63,656 nt of DNA, filler included, from Rhabdomonas costata (GCA_019059605.1; 40 parts of 40 records of this genome joined end to end with filler, not necessarily neighbours in it); one strand, 5' to 3'. Shown: positions 12,603 through 25,517, counted from the first letter of the whole stretch. The notes: generated by a model from the sequence alone, not told the origin. A program made the numbers and translations.

Positions 12603-14519
12603 CTGCGTGGGGCAAGAAGCGGCGCAAAAGGGTTACGAAAGAGCCGCCAAGGGGCACCGTCNNNNNNNNNNNNNNNNNNNNNNNNNNNNNNNNNNNNNNN
12701 NNNNNTTAATTAATTAANNNNNNNNNNNNNNNNNNNNNNNNNNNNNNNNNNNNNNNNNNNNGTTTTGTTGGTCTTTGCATTGTCCAAAACGCACTGAACA
12801 ATTGACATGTGGTCGCAGAAAAATGCTGAAAAATGGATCCACTTCACTCATATACTCTCACCTTCCCTTCTACCCACTTCTGTACACTCCGATACATCAA
12901 CTACTATCCCATCCATTCACTTCATCTCCTGACTATCGGCACACTCACTGTTCTTTAGTAAACATTTTTCTTACAACTTTCATTGTAATTTAGTTGCCTG
13001 ACTTGCTTTGACTCTGTACCGTCCCTCTGATTACAAAGTGCTTGAGTAACTGAGTAACGTCCGTAAATGTTTTCGTCCTTATTTCCTTCCACAATGAACA
13101 AAACCACAAGGTCTCAAAAAATTTCTGTTGTCACAAATATGCGCACAGATGTCCACTGTCCAGCTATCTGGCTCTAATACCGCATGGACGGAAATGATTT
13201 TAATGATATCAAAACGCAGAAAGATCAAAAGAGTGGAGACCAAAAGAGTTCTTAGAAACAGGCAAACCCATGACTTCTACCAGGTGAGCAAACGGTCCAC
13301 TTTTTCGAGCACATGGAGGACTGCAACGGACTATTTAAATAAATTTTCTGACAAATACAATCGATAGTCATCATTTATATACCACCTTTCCCACTGGTTA
13401 ATATTATTATCAAACCAAAGGCTAACAGCACGTTTTTGTGGGTTCACTGAGCTCATTTCATATGTTTTTGCGTTATTGTCATGTATCATTCAAACTCACT
13501 TGCTTGGCAAAATCTAGTATGCTTTCAAAGAACTAACTCTTCGAAGATGCGTTAGATTTTATGAGATAAACGTCCAGTTTAATTCTTCTATTACGTCTTT
13601 GTTTTGCATACAACCAATCATCAGTGGTATTGGATAGAAAAATTACTTTTTGACTTCAACTTTATGTCGCAGTATGTGCCGTTTTGATAACATGTTGGAA
13701 ACTGCTAGGAACACAATTCTTTTGATCCTAAAATCCACCTGAATTACGTCTATTCTTCTCAAATGTGGCCACCGGTGTCTAAATCTGCGCCTCCTTTTAT
13801 TTTTGTGTAGCATCAGTCTCTCTCTTTTACATTTAGCAATACGAATTTCCACCCTGCCATGTATGCGGCACCAATGTTGAGTGAATGCTTAAAATGTTCT
13901 AGGACGCGCAACTCCACATCATCTCCCATATCCTCCATATATCTGGTATAAAATACTGCTGTTTTTGTTATTTGCGCATATTTTAAAATCACTGGTGCTT
14001 TTCGTTTCATTTCATTGTATGATTGAGAGCACTCCATTCACCAACAAACCAAAATGCACACTTAGTTTTCCTACATTTTTGCTATTTTTGGACTTAACTT
14101 ACACAACGCGCTACATTTCTAACTGTAAAATTATACAGTTGCATACATCTTTTGTCTTGTTTTTATCCCACTTCTCATAATTGTTTTTGCTACTCATTTT
14201 TATTGGTTTCACAGTGTAACAACAGCACTGTTCCATTGAGTGCATTGCTTCTATGTANNNNNNNNNNNNNNNNNNNNNNNNNNNNNNNNNNNNNNNNNNN
14301 NTTAATTAATTAANNNNNNNNNNNNNNNNNNNNNNNNNNNNNNNNNNNNNNNNNNNNGTGGTGGGGTATCTAGCTGGCGTTAGGGTTGACCTTTTCCGCA
14401 TCCGAATTGGAATGTCCCTCCATGAAGGTCAATCTGGACCTATCCCTGATTTAAACTGCAAAACGGACAACACACCAACTGAGAAAAAGTGGAAGAAGGA
14501 AGACAAGAGAAGTTGCGCA

Positions 14520-15046
14520 CAGCGTTCGAAGTCGGCTCGCTCTTCCTCTAGCCAGACCTCCAACTGAGTCATCACCCTTGCGTGGTCCCTGCCCATGCTG
14601 AAGAGAGAGAAAGAGAGAGGGAGGGAGTGTGAGAGAGACACAGGCCTCCGCAGTTCACCACAAACATTGATTCTCATTGTTTCGCAACCATTTTTCGTTT
14701 TCCACGCTTTCTTCCAAAACGGCTGCCCCAAGGACCCTCAGACTGGAAGCGAAGAACAAAATCAACTCCCAGCAGAAAGGCATACTAGAGAAATTCTGAA
14801 GGAATGGCCAGCGGTCTCTCCTTGAAAGGGGAGTTTTGAGAACGCGACAGGCTGACAACGGTGGCCAACTCGTTGAGAAGTTGCTGCCGTGCCGTCTCCA
14901 TCACCCTGAACACAGATATTAACAATGGAGTGGGTTTGCAAGCAAGCGCAAATGAAAAGGAGCAGAAAGAAAACAGCATGCCCGTTGTTAATAGGGGGCA
15001 GGAAGCCTGGAGACTCAGCTTCCACCAAGGGAAGCTGGGGCTTGCC
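14520..15046 (-). CDS. Unknown multi-exon protein fragment
   Basis: Exon VMETARQQLLNELATVV...PSEFL splices through ta|gtatgc ... ttcag|c to give YMGRDHARVMTQLEVWLEEERADFER in phase. The frame of the upstream exon is ambiguous. Confidence 0.5.
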
Positions 15047-16099
15047 CTGCAAAAGAGAACCAAAGCAAACCTGCTCACCTTGAGCTTAAACACTTGTGTG
15101 TGCAGTTGCAGGGTTCCAAAAGAGCTGATTTTACAGGAACCGTCTGCGGTAGCTTCTGATCACACTTGAAACCACGACGGCTACGACATTTTGTCTGGTC
15201 CCTGTTGTATTTCTAAACGAATGAGAACACATTAAACGCGCAATCCGCGGATCTTGTGTCAAAAAAGTGAGCTGAAATAACTCAAGACGACTTGTTGGTG
15301 GATTGTTTTACAATATTTTATGCTAATATAATCTAAAATTCTGCCGTTTTATGACTGTCGATTCTGACTATCCCTTGGAGTGCCTTTAGGAACAGGCAGA
15401 GCGGATAGAACCAAATTATTTGCAAGCGGTGAAGGGACTCCGTAGGAGCACGCGGGAAGTTGCCTGAAACAAGTCTAATCAGGAACGCAAAGTTTCCTGA
15501 CTTATCAAACTGAAGAAAAAAGCAGGAAATACCTGAAAATACTCCATCTGTACAACAAATGGCCAAGTCTTACGTCATAACGAAACACCTACAAAGGTTG
15601 CGGTTCTTCACATCCGGAATTGCAAGACCAATGCAAAAGGTTTGTAATTTGTGTGATGTTTCGTTTCCTTTCTACATTTTTATTTTTAATTATGAATTTT
15701 TACTCATATCTCTTGTGTACAGTGTAAATTTGAGTATTTCTGATTTACCAGTTCCGCGGTGCAAAAGACAGCAGGCAAATAAATCCGAAATACTCAAATT
15801 TACACTGTACACAAGAGATATGAGTAAAAATTCATAATTAAAAAAAAAAACNNNNNNNNNNNNNNNNNNNNNNNNNNNNNNNNNNNNNNNNNNNNTTAAT
15901 TAATTAANNNNNNNNNNNNNNNNNNNNNNNNNNNNNNNNNNNNNNNNNNNNCAAGTGCGGTTCGTGCTGTCCTGGGACCACCCCGTCGCCCGGTGTGCCT
16001 TCCTCGCCCTCGCATTGCAGTGTGGACCCCTTCCTGTATGGCCATGGTAAGTTGGTGCATTCTTTGCCTTTCACAGGCGCTTGCGAATGGTGGTGGCAT

Positions 16100-16969
16100 T
16101 CGCAGACGATGTGAAAGATGCAAAACGAGGAGCTCCATTCTAGCTGTGAACGCACTGCGGCGAACAACCCAACGAAATCGGACAGGGTTGTCAGTTCTTT
16201 CCAATCGTAAATGGACGCACAAAACTGAGAAAAAGTTGTCTAAAAAAGATGGAGATGGTTTAAGAGACGCCAAAAAAATGAAAACAGGAAAAAGATGGCT
16301 TAATGAATTGAAAAATCGCATTGAAAGAGGCCATAATTCAGGGGGTAGGAAAATGGAACTTGGTTGGACCAACCTCGCGATGCACAAAAAAATACAAGAA
16401 AGTGCAAAAACATGCGTTTCAACCCAAAGCTTCGCTCGGGTCCTTTTATTCTCGGCCGGTTTGTGCTCATGGGTGGGTCATTTCGCCTTTTTTTTTGCGT
16501 CTTTCTCGATGCGTCATATGATGCGTTTGATCTCATCTGATGTTGTTGCGGATCTCATGCCTTTCTCAGGTTTGGGCATGGGGCGGCATACAAACGACGG
16601 TACACCCAGTTTGTGAACCCTCCTCCGTCCATAGCAGCGCTGGAGCTGGCGACGATCGCCTTGCAAAGCCACACAGAGTGGACGGACGAGATCGAAAAAT
16701 GGCAGGACCCAATCATCAAGAATCCAAGCCTTCCCAGCTGGTGTTCCGCCTCACACAGCATTGCAACCTCTGTTTTTCCCTCGGCAAAGTTCGCGCAGCA
16801 AATTCCGAAAAATTCTGTGGTCCCGTTTCTGTTTGGACCAAAGGAAAAACGCGAGAAAAAACATTTGATTGAGTTTCTGGTCACTGGCACGCTGCCATCC
16901 TTCATTTATTGGATGGTGTTCAACCCCTCTCGTTCCGCGAATGAGCCCCCGACTCTCAAAATCCAATGA
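16100..16969 (+). mobile_element. Probable decayed non-LTR retrotransposon ORF2 C-terminus
   Basis: Frame-shifted intronless coding-like DNA. AFLRFGH (16559-16579) resembles the LRxGH motif preceding the LINE zinc knuckle. LFGP...LIEFLVTGTL near the stop resembles the FLxxTG terminus of I/Tad1/R1-type ORF2. The CCHC knuckle is not intact. Confidence 0.35.
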
Positions 16970-17240
16970 ATGCCATATCGAATCCCCTCTCCCTCCAGCG
17001 GCATCTCTGTTATGCTCTTCTCAGCTCCCCTCTTCCGAGAGGCCATTTGTCTCCTCTCCCTCCTCCCTCACTTGTTAGTGTTGTGCCCGCAGTCTTTTGC
17101 ACTCTGCACTGCACTGCCATTTGGCATCAAAGCGGTGTGTGTCCCTCACGTTTTCCGTTATGTCGGTTAGCATGGTTCCCTTCCCTGCCCGCTGTGCCAT
17201 TCGCTGGTTGCCCTGCCTGTTGTGTTGCTCTGTAATTTAT

Positions 17241-17438
17241 TGGTTCCTTTTTGTACTGCGCTTCTTGATTGCTGGTTGTAATGCTGTTTTATTATGCTTA
17301 ATTAGCCTTAACTGGGTGACGCAACCCTGAAAGATAATTCTGTTTTTTTCAGGGTTGCGTCACCCAGTTAAGGCTAATTAAGCATAATAAAACAGCATTA
17401 CAACCAGCAATCAAGAAGCGCAGTACAAAAAGGAACCA
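17241..17438. repeat. Perfect 92-bp inverted repeat (fold-back) at contig end
   Basis: Arms 17241-17332 and 17347-17438 are exact reverse complements, with a 14-nt loop. Confidence 0.95.
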
Positions 17439-18079
17439 CCAAAANNNNNNNNNNNNNNNNNNNNNNNNNNNNNNNNNNNNNNNNNNNNTTAATTAATTAA
17501 NNNNNNNNNNNNNNNNNNNNNNNNNNNNNNNNNNNNNNNNNNNNGTTGTTGGGTTTCAACATTTTTGTGCGCTTACTTGGTCTTGACGGGCATTTGTATT
17601 CAGACGCTACCTCCATGACCATGACACCGTGCGCGCCGAAGGTGCCTCTCGCGAGAACCCTCGGCCGCCAGTGCGTGTGCCAAAATCCCAACGATTTGAG
17701 TGAATAGCGAGTGGGCCTGACGTGAGGTTCGAGGGATATTTTGGCCCTCTGGTCCAGGCACCCTTTGTTTCAGTTGGTCAGTTGAGTTTCAAGTTCCTTG
17801 TCCGCTGGCAAAGCCGTGGCGGGCACCTTTCAAGGCCTGTATACCGAGTGAGCACTGCACCCTTCAGCTTTCATTTCTTTTTTTTCTCCTTTCAGGTCAA
17901 GCTGGACAACCCCATCGCTGATATGGGCAAGCCATAAGAGCTGTGGGAGGAGGGAGGTTGGGCAATTCAATTACTGCAGCAGAATATCACTTCGCTGCTG
18001 CCTCATTTATCTACGCGCGAGGCTTTTGTGTTCGTCGCCCGCGGGTATGCCCCCGCGTGCCTACTTGCCGGTCGAACGC

Positions 18080-18499
18080 GTATAACAGCTTTATGCGACT
18101 CCCTCAACGCATTCCCCCCCCCCGCCTTGAACAAAAAGATTTGGTCTGGAATAAGGAACCTTTTGCAGGTCGGCCATCTCTCAGCAAGTAAAAATTGGGT
18201 TTCTGGTTCCAATAGGCAGAGGTGAGGGAGAGAAAGGAGACACGGGACCCCGCCACTGGGCACTGTTGTGGTTGCGTAAATGCAGTTGTTCAACAAAAAT
18301 ATGGAGTGATTTACAAGAGGCGGAAGAGAAACGAGTTTGGGGTGAAAAGGATTGTGTTGCATATGGCGATCTACCGGGTCCAATCGATTGGAGGGTTTTG
18401 AACATTGTAAGGACATTATTTGGACAGGAAAAGTACAGTATGCGTGCAACATGGTTGAAAATAATTCAAGCGGAAGGGAAGGGAACGAGGAGCAGATGA
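18080..18499 (+). mobile_element. Possible decayed L1/Tx1-like LINE fragment (zf-RVT and downstream region)
   Basis: IWSGIRNLLQVG, then after a frameshift C..KIWSDL...VAYGDL...WRVLNIVR, resembles the post-zinc-finger segment of Tx1-type ORF2. Recognised from motif memory only. Confidence 0.3.
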
Positions 18500-19398
18500 A
18501 AAGGGGTTGGGATTGTTAGAGTGATGTCAGCCTGGTCATTTCGTAGGCTCACTCGCGGTGGTGGTCGCATAGTGCACTTCTGAACAGTGCTGAGTTTTGT
18601 TGGGAGTACCACACACGCCGGACACATTTGTTGCATAGCCTTCTCATCTGCCGTGTTTTGTTTGGGAGCACCACTGGATGCGGGCTCACCTTGGAGTACC
18701 CTCTGGTGTGGTGTTTGGAGACGTCTGGGTCTTCATCGTTGTTTCTGCCCATTTGTGGAAGAGATGTGGTGAACGTCAGCGGTGGGCACGCGGTGCCGTG
18801 CAAAAGTGGGAATCGGGTTCCTGACTGTTGGTTTGATGCCTTTGGGATATTTTGCGCAGTCACGTCCGATTCGCGATTAGTACCTCTGAGTGAAAGTATG
18901 TGGGCGTTATGATGAAAGCGCTTGGGGAACTATGATGCTTGGCTTTAAAGCCAAAACAAAAAAGGCCCCTATTTTTCTGAATGGTTTTCTTAGATGTGCA
19001 GCCCCTCCCGTTGTACCCACCTCTCAATACCCCACAACNNNNNNNNNNNNNNNNNNNNNNNNNNNNNNNNNNNNNNNNNNNNTTAATTAATTAANNNNNN
19101 NNNNNNNNNNNNNNNNNNNNNNNNNNNNNNNNNNNNNNGGTTGGGTTGTTCCCAGCCACGGCTCAAGGTTGGTGCCCCATCTTTTCAAGCCCTGAATTAG
19201 GACTTTCTCTGTATATTTTGAAATGGATTTGGATTCCGTTGTCATCCTCTCTGATTGCTGTTCGCTGGGAATCGGGTGGCGCGTCACCGCTTTTTCCGAG
19301 GGTCGATTTTTATATTGCAGGCTACGTCAGGCTACAGCGTAAGTCGAGAGTTTACAACCTTGCGCATTCACGAAGAGACAGCATATGCTTCTTCCCAG

Positions 19399-19847
19399 GC
19401 CCAGCGGCATTCAGTTCGAAAGGTTGGGGACTAAGTTCTCAATTTCGGGGTGTAACCAGGCTTTTATTTTGTCAATTCTGACATTGTCAGCGAGGGTGGA
19501 AATAGCGCCTGAGAACTCATCTGTCATCGCTTCCCTTTCTCGCGGTCTTCTTGCTTGCAAAAGGGCCATCCTCTCCGGAGCAGTTCCGGAGGGCTTACCA
19601 CGAGGTCACAGGCACCGACCCTACCTATCAAGCCGCAAGCGCCCTGGCCTCGATGTACATTGTGCAGCTCGTGCTAATGCTTGGCGAGCCCTCCAACCCC
19701 GATATAATGCGGACCCAAATCGCGGGAATGCTTGTGTACGGGATCAGGACCTTCTACGGGCTGCTTTCGCTGGACCCAGTCTCCGGAATGCTCTCCACGG
19801 CGGACCACTTCGCGCTGTTGCAGTACAACAGCACGGGTGACGCGAAG
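19399..19847 (+). CDS. Type I periplasmic-binding-protein-like (LivJ/LivK, Venus-flytrap) domain fragment (exons 19399-19449, 19564-19847)
   Basis: EQFRRAYHEVTGTDPTYQAASALASMYIVQ...NPDIMR...RTFYGLLSLDPVSG...LLQY follows the C-lobe pattern F...Y...G..P.Y.AA....TFYG.I.FD..G....Q. The exon is bounded by ag and gt. Confidence 0.7.
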
Positions 19848-21149
19848 GTGGCATTCCAGACATCCTTTTTTTTTTTTGTCTTTCTTGGATAACCGGATGG
19901 GATACCTGCTATGCCTTTTCTCCCCCCAAAACCGCGGGTTGAATGTAAGTGTCGATCTGCCTACCTGCCGTCTGGGTACCTCTAATCACCATTATGAGCC
20001 TTATCGGCGAGTGCGAGCCCTACACACCTGTGGGGAAGGCGGTGAGGATGGAGGGAAAGGTGTTCTTCCCTCTGGTACTAAACCACTGATGAAGATGACA
20101 ATATCTGATATGTGCAGGAGATTGGAACCCGTACTGAGTGGCGTTTTAGTGATACTCTGTAGCGCGCTGTTTACAAATGAAATGAATTTATTTGGGTTAC
20201 ACCATTGGATTTCACCTTTATTCATCGCCGCTCTCTGCCCTAGCCGAAGAAAATGCCGACCCCATTCTTCATGGAAGCGGAAGGTTCAGGACAGGGATTG
20301 CCCAGACTTTTGAGACCTCCTATTCCACGTTCCTTGTAGAGTTGCACAGTGGGTGCCAGGGAAGCCTCCTGGGAAGGCCGTTTTACTCCACACGCGCATG
20401 CTACGATCAACGTAGATCAACGTAGCGAGTGGCCTCGAGCTACCCCGGAGCCTGACGTCGTCACCGGCTGTGATTAGATCCTTCTTTCGAATTGATGGTC
20501 AATCGCCAAAGGGACTGAAGTTTCCCTCTTTGCTGCCGCTCTTTCCCGGGGGATCGTGGGACTCCCTTTGGTAGGTTGTGTACCCCGTGCTTTGGGCCAC
20601 GGCGGAGGCGGATTACCCCGCGCCGACCTTTGNNNNNNNNNNNNNNNNNNNNNNNNNNNNNNNNNNNNNNNNNNNNTTAATTAATTAANNNNNNNNNNNN
20701 NNNNNNNNNNNNNNNNNNNNNNNNNNNNNNNNTGTGGTGGGTGTGGTTGGTGTTTTTGGTACAAACATGGGTGCTCCCCCAACTTTTCAGGTTAGCAGTC
20801 AACAGTTGTTGTGGGATCCCATTCTCCACTGCCTCTTCCTTCTCCTCCTTGCAGGGCCTTCGCCTTTTTGAAGAAGAAGAAAACGGAACATAACTAACAC
20901 TGTCTATAAGAACTTTCAACCCACTCAGCCCTCCACACCTGCATTTGAGATGGCGCAGTTATAATTCGCCAACGCCTCACGTATCCCTTATGTATCACCT
21001 TCTGCCGCAGGATGACTCGGCTCGGTTTCATCTCGGACCTCTCTCAACAAGTCCTTCCAAAAATTCGGCCAATTTCTAGATTTTACTGGCCGAGTGTCGT
21101 GCTACACCTTGGAAGCACCGAAAAGGCAAACGGGTTTCATCGCACTTGT

Positions 21150-21506
21150 CGAGGCTTCCGAGGGAAGCTCCAGGGCATCCCCAGGCACAAACGTCGCCCT
21201 GGGGATCCCTCGAGCAGTGGCCAGCGCAAGCATGTCAGGAGCAGGCTCCACCCCCAGCAGGGACCGGAACCCCAGGGACGACAGGTATGCGCTGAAGTGG
21301 CCCGCCCCACTGCCAATCTGAAGCACGGTAAGGGGTTCCAGCGGATAAAGGGATTGCAGGGCACCACGTAGAGTAAGGCAGCGGAGGCGGTGGGTGAGGG
21401 CGGTCCGAGGGTCACTGAACGAGCGGTCGTAGGCCGAGGCAATAGACGAGCTGAAAAATGGGTTGGTGGGGGAGTCAGATGGGGAGGACGTCGAGATGGA
21501 GGACAT
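21150..21506 (-). CDS. Class I SAM-dependent methyltransferase, N-terminal exon
   Basis: AYDRSF...VLQIGSGAGHFSAYL (motif I)...LLGVEPAPDMLALA (post-I acidic residue)...FVPGDALELP (motif II). The 3' exon boundary and start codon are uncertain. Confidence 0.85.
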
Positions 21507-24500
21507 CCCCACGAAGGATCGGGCAAGGGAGCGTTTGGGGGAGAGTCGCCAGCACTGCACGGGGACGACCATGCGTCAGAACACCAAAACGTTGTTCACA
21601 CTTTCTCAATCACTCAGTCAGTCACGGTGGCGAAAATTAAATGGAAAGGTCAACCCACCGCAAATGTCTTGGGAAGCAATGCACTCCTGTGCTCAAAGCC
21701 AACTGAAAAGAACATCCAAGGCACGCACGGGAACATATACAATCCCTTCCCTGGCACAAAGACTTTGCATGTTTGTGCTCAAACAGTGTGGGAGCAAGCT
21801 GTGGTTGGACCACATACCGCATGCTTTTTCGCCATCCATGTGAATCATCCAAGCAACTCTATCAAGTGTTGAGAGAAACCAGCGTGCAAGCTGCACGTGG
21901 AACTTCCATCCAGCGATTCCGTCCCATTGGCTTGATCGAAAGAAGTCGGCAATCCCCTCCCTTCTCCCTTAGGGAGACTCACACAAAGCACGAGCACCGC
22001 TGGTAATTTCCACTGTAATTTAAAACCGTTTTCGCAGAGGCACAACAGAGTCACACTATATTTACAGGACAAGGCACGTCACATTCAAAGCAGAGAGGGA
22101 ACAAAAAAGCACAACGCACGCGGGCGTCTGTCCCCGTTCATGGGATTGAAGAAAAGGACACAGAGGTCGACTCTAACGCACAGGGGGTAACTTCACATAA
22201 CAAAAACACCCAAACACACCCACACNNNNNNNNNNNNNNNNNNNNNNNNNNNNNNNNNNNNNNNNNNNNTTAATTAATTAANNNNNNNNNNNNNNNNNNN
22301 NNNNNNNNNNNNNNNNNNNNNNNNNGTGTTGGGTGTGGTTGGGGTTTGTTTGCCTTTGTTCAAAAAATTGTACTGATCCATCAATAATATGACTGTTGGG
22401 TGAGCTCTCCTCAGAGCCACATGCAAGGTCCCCAATATGAGCCGCGTGAAGGGCAGGCACTACTCCTGCGGCGCCTCAGCGTTCATGCTCGTCGTCAGCC
22501 TGGAGTCGCACAAGAGGCAGAACATCATTGTGCAATTGTGCACATTGGCGAGACCTAATATGTGATGAACAAAAGCAAAAAAACATCTAAAAAGATGCAC
22601 AAGTCCATATTGGGTATATCCGGTCCCGCAAGTGCACGATGCGTGCCTCCACCGAAGTAATGACTCAGTGACCCACGCGCCCGTTCAGGTTTTTCGCTGT
22701 GCACGATCACGAGCGGCGAACTGCACTCTTTGAATAGTGTTGGAACCGAAAGAGCGTCAACCTTGGGAAAATCATGAACTCTGCATTTGGAATTATGTGA
22801 TATCAGTACAGTATTTTCTATGCGAGGACCGTGGGATACTGTTGTGGGACGCTGTGTGTGAGTCAAAGGCGGGGTAAAGTCAATTTGGGGTATAATAATA
22901 ACTTTTTGTGATCAAGCAAGAACTGCGTAAAAACTAGACACGTTCTAAACAAGCATTTCCGGTGCTCCTTCGGCGCTGTTGGTGTTTCGGCGTAGTACTA
23001 TGAGAAGGAAGTTATTAACAACGTCATGCAATGTTTGGATTGGTTTGATTCTCTTATTTCTTGCTTTTTTTGATTTTTAGCTGTTATGTTGTTTCTGTTA
23101 TTATAGGAAATTTTTTTAACTTTTAGAGCTTGTCGATTGGTCAACCTTTATGGGGAGATAGCCTGTACAATTGCCGGAATATTACGGGAAGATGCCTGGA
23201 TCGCGTCACTTGCTTTCATTTCTGGGGTGTGAATTCAAGCTTGCCGTAGTGCAGTGAAAGAGTAGGATGGGGCATTCCCAGCTCAACTGAGCCCCCACCT
23301 CCGGCAAGGGCTGCCGTTTAGTGGCGTACAGCTGGCGGCCGTTACGGAGCAGTGCTGGGAGCGCCTTTGACGGGGTTCTGAAGCTGGTGGCGGGGGGTTG
23401 GGTGCAGGGCGTGCTCGCGTGTCTGCTTCCCATCAGCGAGCTGGCCCTCGTCAACGGTGGCAGCCAGCGCCAAGAGACTCCGCGGCCATCCTGTGTGGGG
23501 CCTCAGCGAGTTTTTCTCGTTCCCAGCGCAGTGACGTTCGGCATCTGGCCCTCCACTCTGCCGTCGTCCCCCACCCAACGTTTTTTCAGAGACCGATTTA
23601 TCGCAGTTTCAATGGGTTTCATTGGGTTGTAGGTCGTAGAGTTTCCATTATTTTCCGTTTTGTGTGCTATTTTGTGTGCAATTGGCTCAATTCAACAGAA
23701 GAAGCCCAGCTTAATGGGGACAATCCAGTTCCTTGGATGATTTTTTATTACAAAATTAGACACTAAAATTTTTTATACAGTATTTGCATCTTATATTTCA
23801 TCAATTTATCAAAAACAAANNNNNNNNNNNNNNNNNNNNNNNNNNNNNNNNNNNNNNNNNNNNTTAATTAATTAANNNNNNNNNNNNNNNNNNNNNNNNN
23901 NNNNNNNNNNNNNNNNNNNGGGGGGTGGCAATCATGCTAGTCACAAAAGTCTGGGAAATTGCAAGACAGATCCAAAATAGGGTGAGGATGGCATTCCCAA
24001 ATAATACTGGTAGCGGTACCCGGCCCCACGCTGGAGTATCCTTGTAGAGGCGTCCTTTGCTCTGGGGGTGTAAGTAGAAGGTTGGGAGAGGGGAGGAGGG
24101 GTGGGGAGGACCAGCGGGGCCCCCGTTGCTGGCGGACAAGGCAGCCGTATCGTTGCGGACGAGCACCCACCGGGCAGCTCGAATGGAGGCCACGGAGGAG
24201 ATCCGCAGACCAATCGGGATGCCGAAGAGCTTGGGATGCTTTTTGTTCATCATCGTTTGGGATGGGTCGGGTCATGGACATAAACTAACAAAACAAGGCG
24301 CTATTGCATCGGATGAGGGAGGGAGTGTTAAACGTTTGACGCCATTAAACAGTCCAAAACTTTCCAAACAACAGGTCAAAAACTTCCTCTGCAGATACTG
24401 GCACAGTTAGAAATGACAATCTTGATCACTTGACAGTGCAAACTTTTACCACCGTATCCCCCACCCAATGAGACGACCCCACATCCCAACAATCCGACCA

Positions 24501-25517
24501 CTACCGTTCGCCCCTCAGCGAACTACGAAAACGTTACTTTAACTCTACCGCCCCCTCAAAAAGTACAACTGGTTCAAAAAAAGGCACACCCAAGTGTGAT
24601 TTTGTTGTGTAGTTACTTCGCGGGGTGCCTAGGGTGAGCACACACACAAACTCACACAGACAGTGTCGTTTCCAGCCGTTATTTTCTTCTTTTGCAATTC
24701 TGATCCCCAGGGCACGCGCACACATGGCTCAAAATGCATTCATGCTGCGTCCAAACATGCAAACACACGCGCATGCACCGGGGAAATGGGATTCTCCGCA
24801 AACCACGCCAGCAGAGCGGGGTGGTTCAGCACGGCAAAGCATAACGGGGAGGAGCACACTGGCATGTCCCGGTGGTGGGTTACCAGCACAAACGGCTGAG
24901 TGTAGCCCTATTTCGGGGAAATAAGAAGCCCACGAGAGCAAAGGCCCAAAAGCACTTCGCAAAACTTCACACACACTTCCCAACCAACGCCACCAGAAAG
25001 GCCCATTCTGTCTGCAAAAAAATGAGAACGAAAACGAGGTGCCCGAACGGCAGGACGGTTCGAAGTGCAAAAAGGTCCCTTTCGGAAGGAAACTGCTGTT
25101 TGTTCCCCCCCACTCATTCCACCCACCAGATTCTCTCGTTCGTTCGTGGCCACGAACTCTTGCTTAAGAATTACACTGGCAAACAGCTACTCCCAACAGA
25201 CATGAAACGCGTCCAAAAGGCAAGCTTCGTGGGCTCCATCACTGTACGTACATGTCAACCCCATCACAAAACAGAAAAGTGGCTGCCTCCACACACTTAG
25301 TCATTGTGAGGCAAATTCCTTGAAGAACGAGGGTTAAACAACACGCGTTAAGTGGCTTCTTACTTCGCACAGCCGCAGCGTTATCGGGCGTTTTACCAGG
25401 AAACAAAACACCNNNNNNNNNNNNNNNNNNNNNNNNNNNNNNNNNNNNNNNNNNNNTTAATTAATTAANNNNNNNNNNNNNNNNNNNNNNNNNNNNNNNN
25501 NNNNNNNNNNNNTGTGG

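Noticed and set aside
15047..15078. 32-nt GT-AG mini-intron
   Set aside because: It is far shorter than the other introns here, the upstream exon is unsupported, and an alternative frame avoids it.
21094..21560. + strand frame with interspersed TGA/TAA/TAG suggesting stop-codon reassignment
   Set aside because: It is the antisense shadow of the methyltransferase exon on the - strand.
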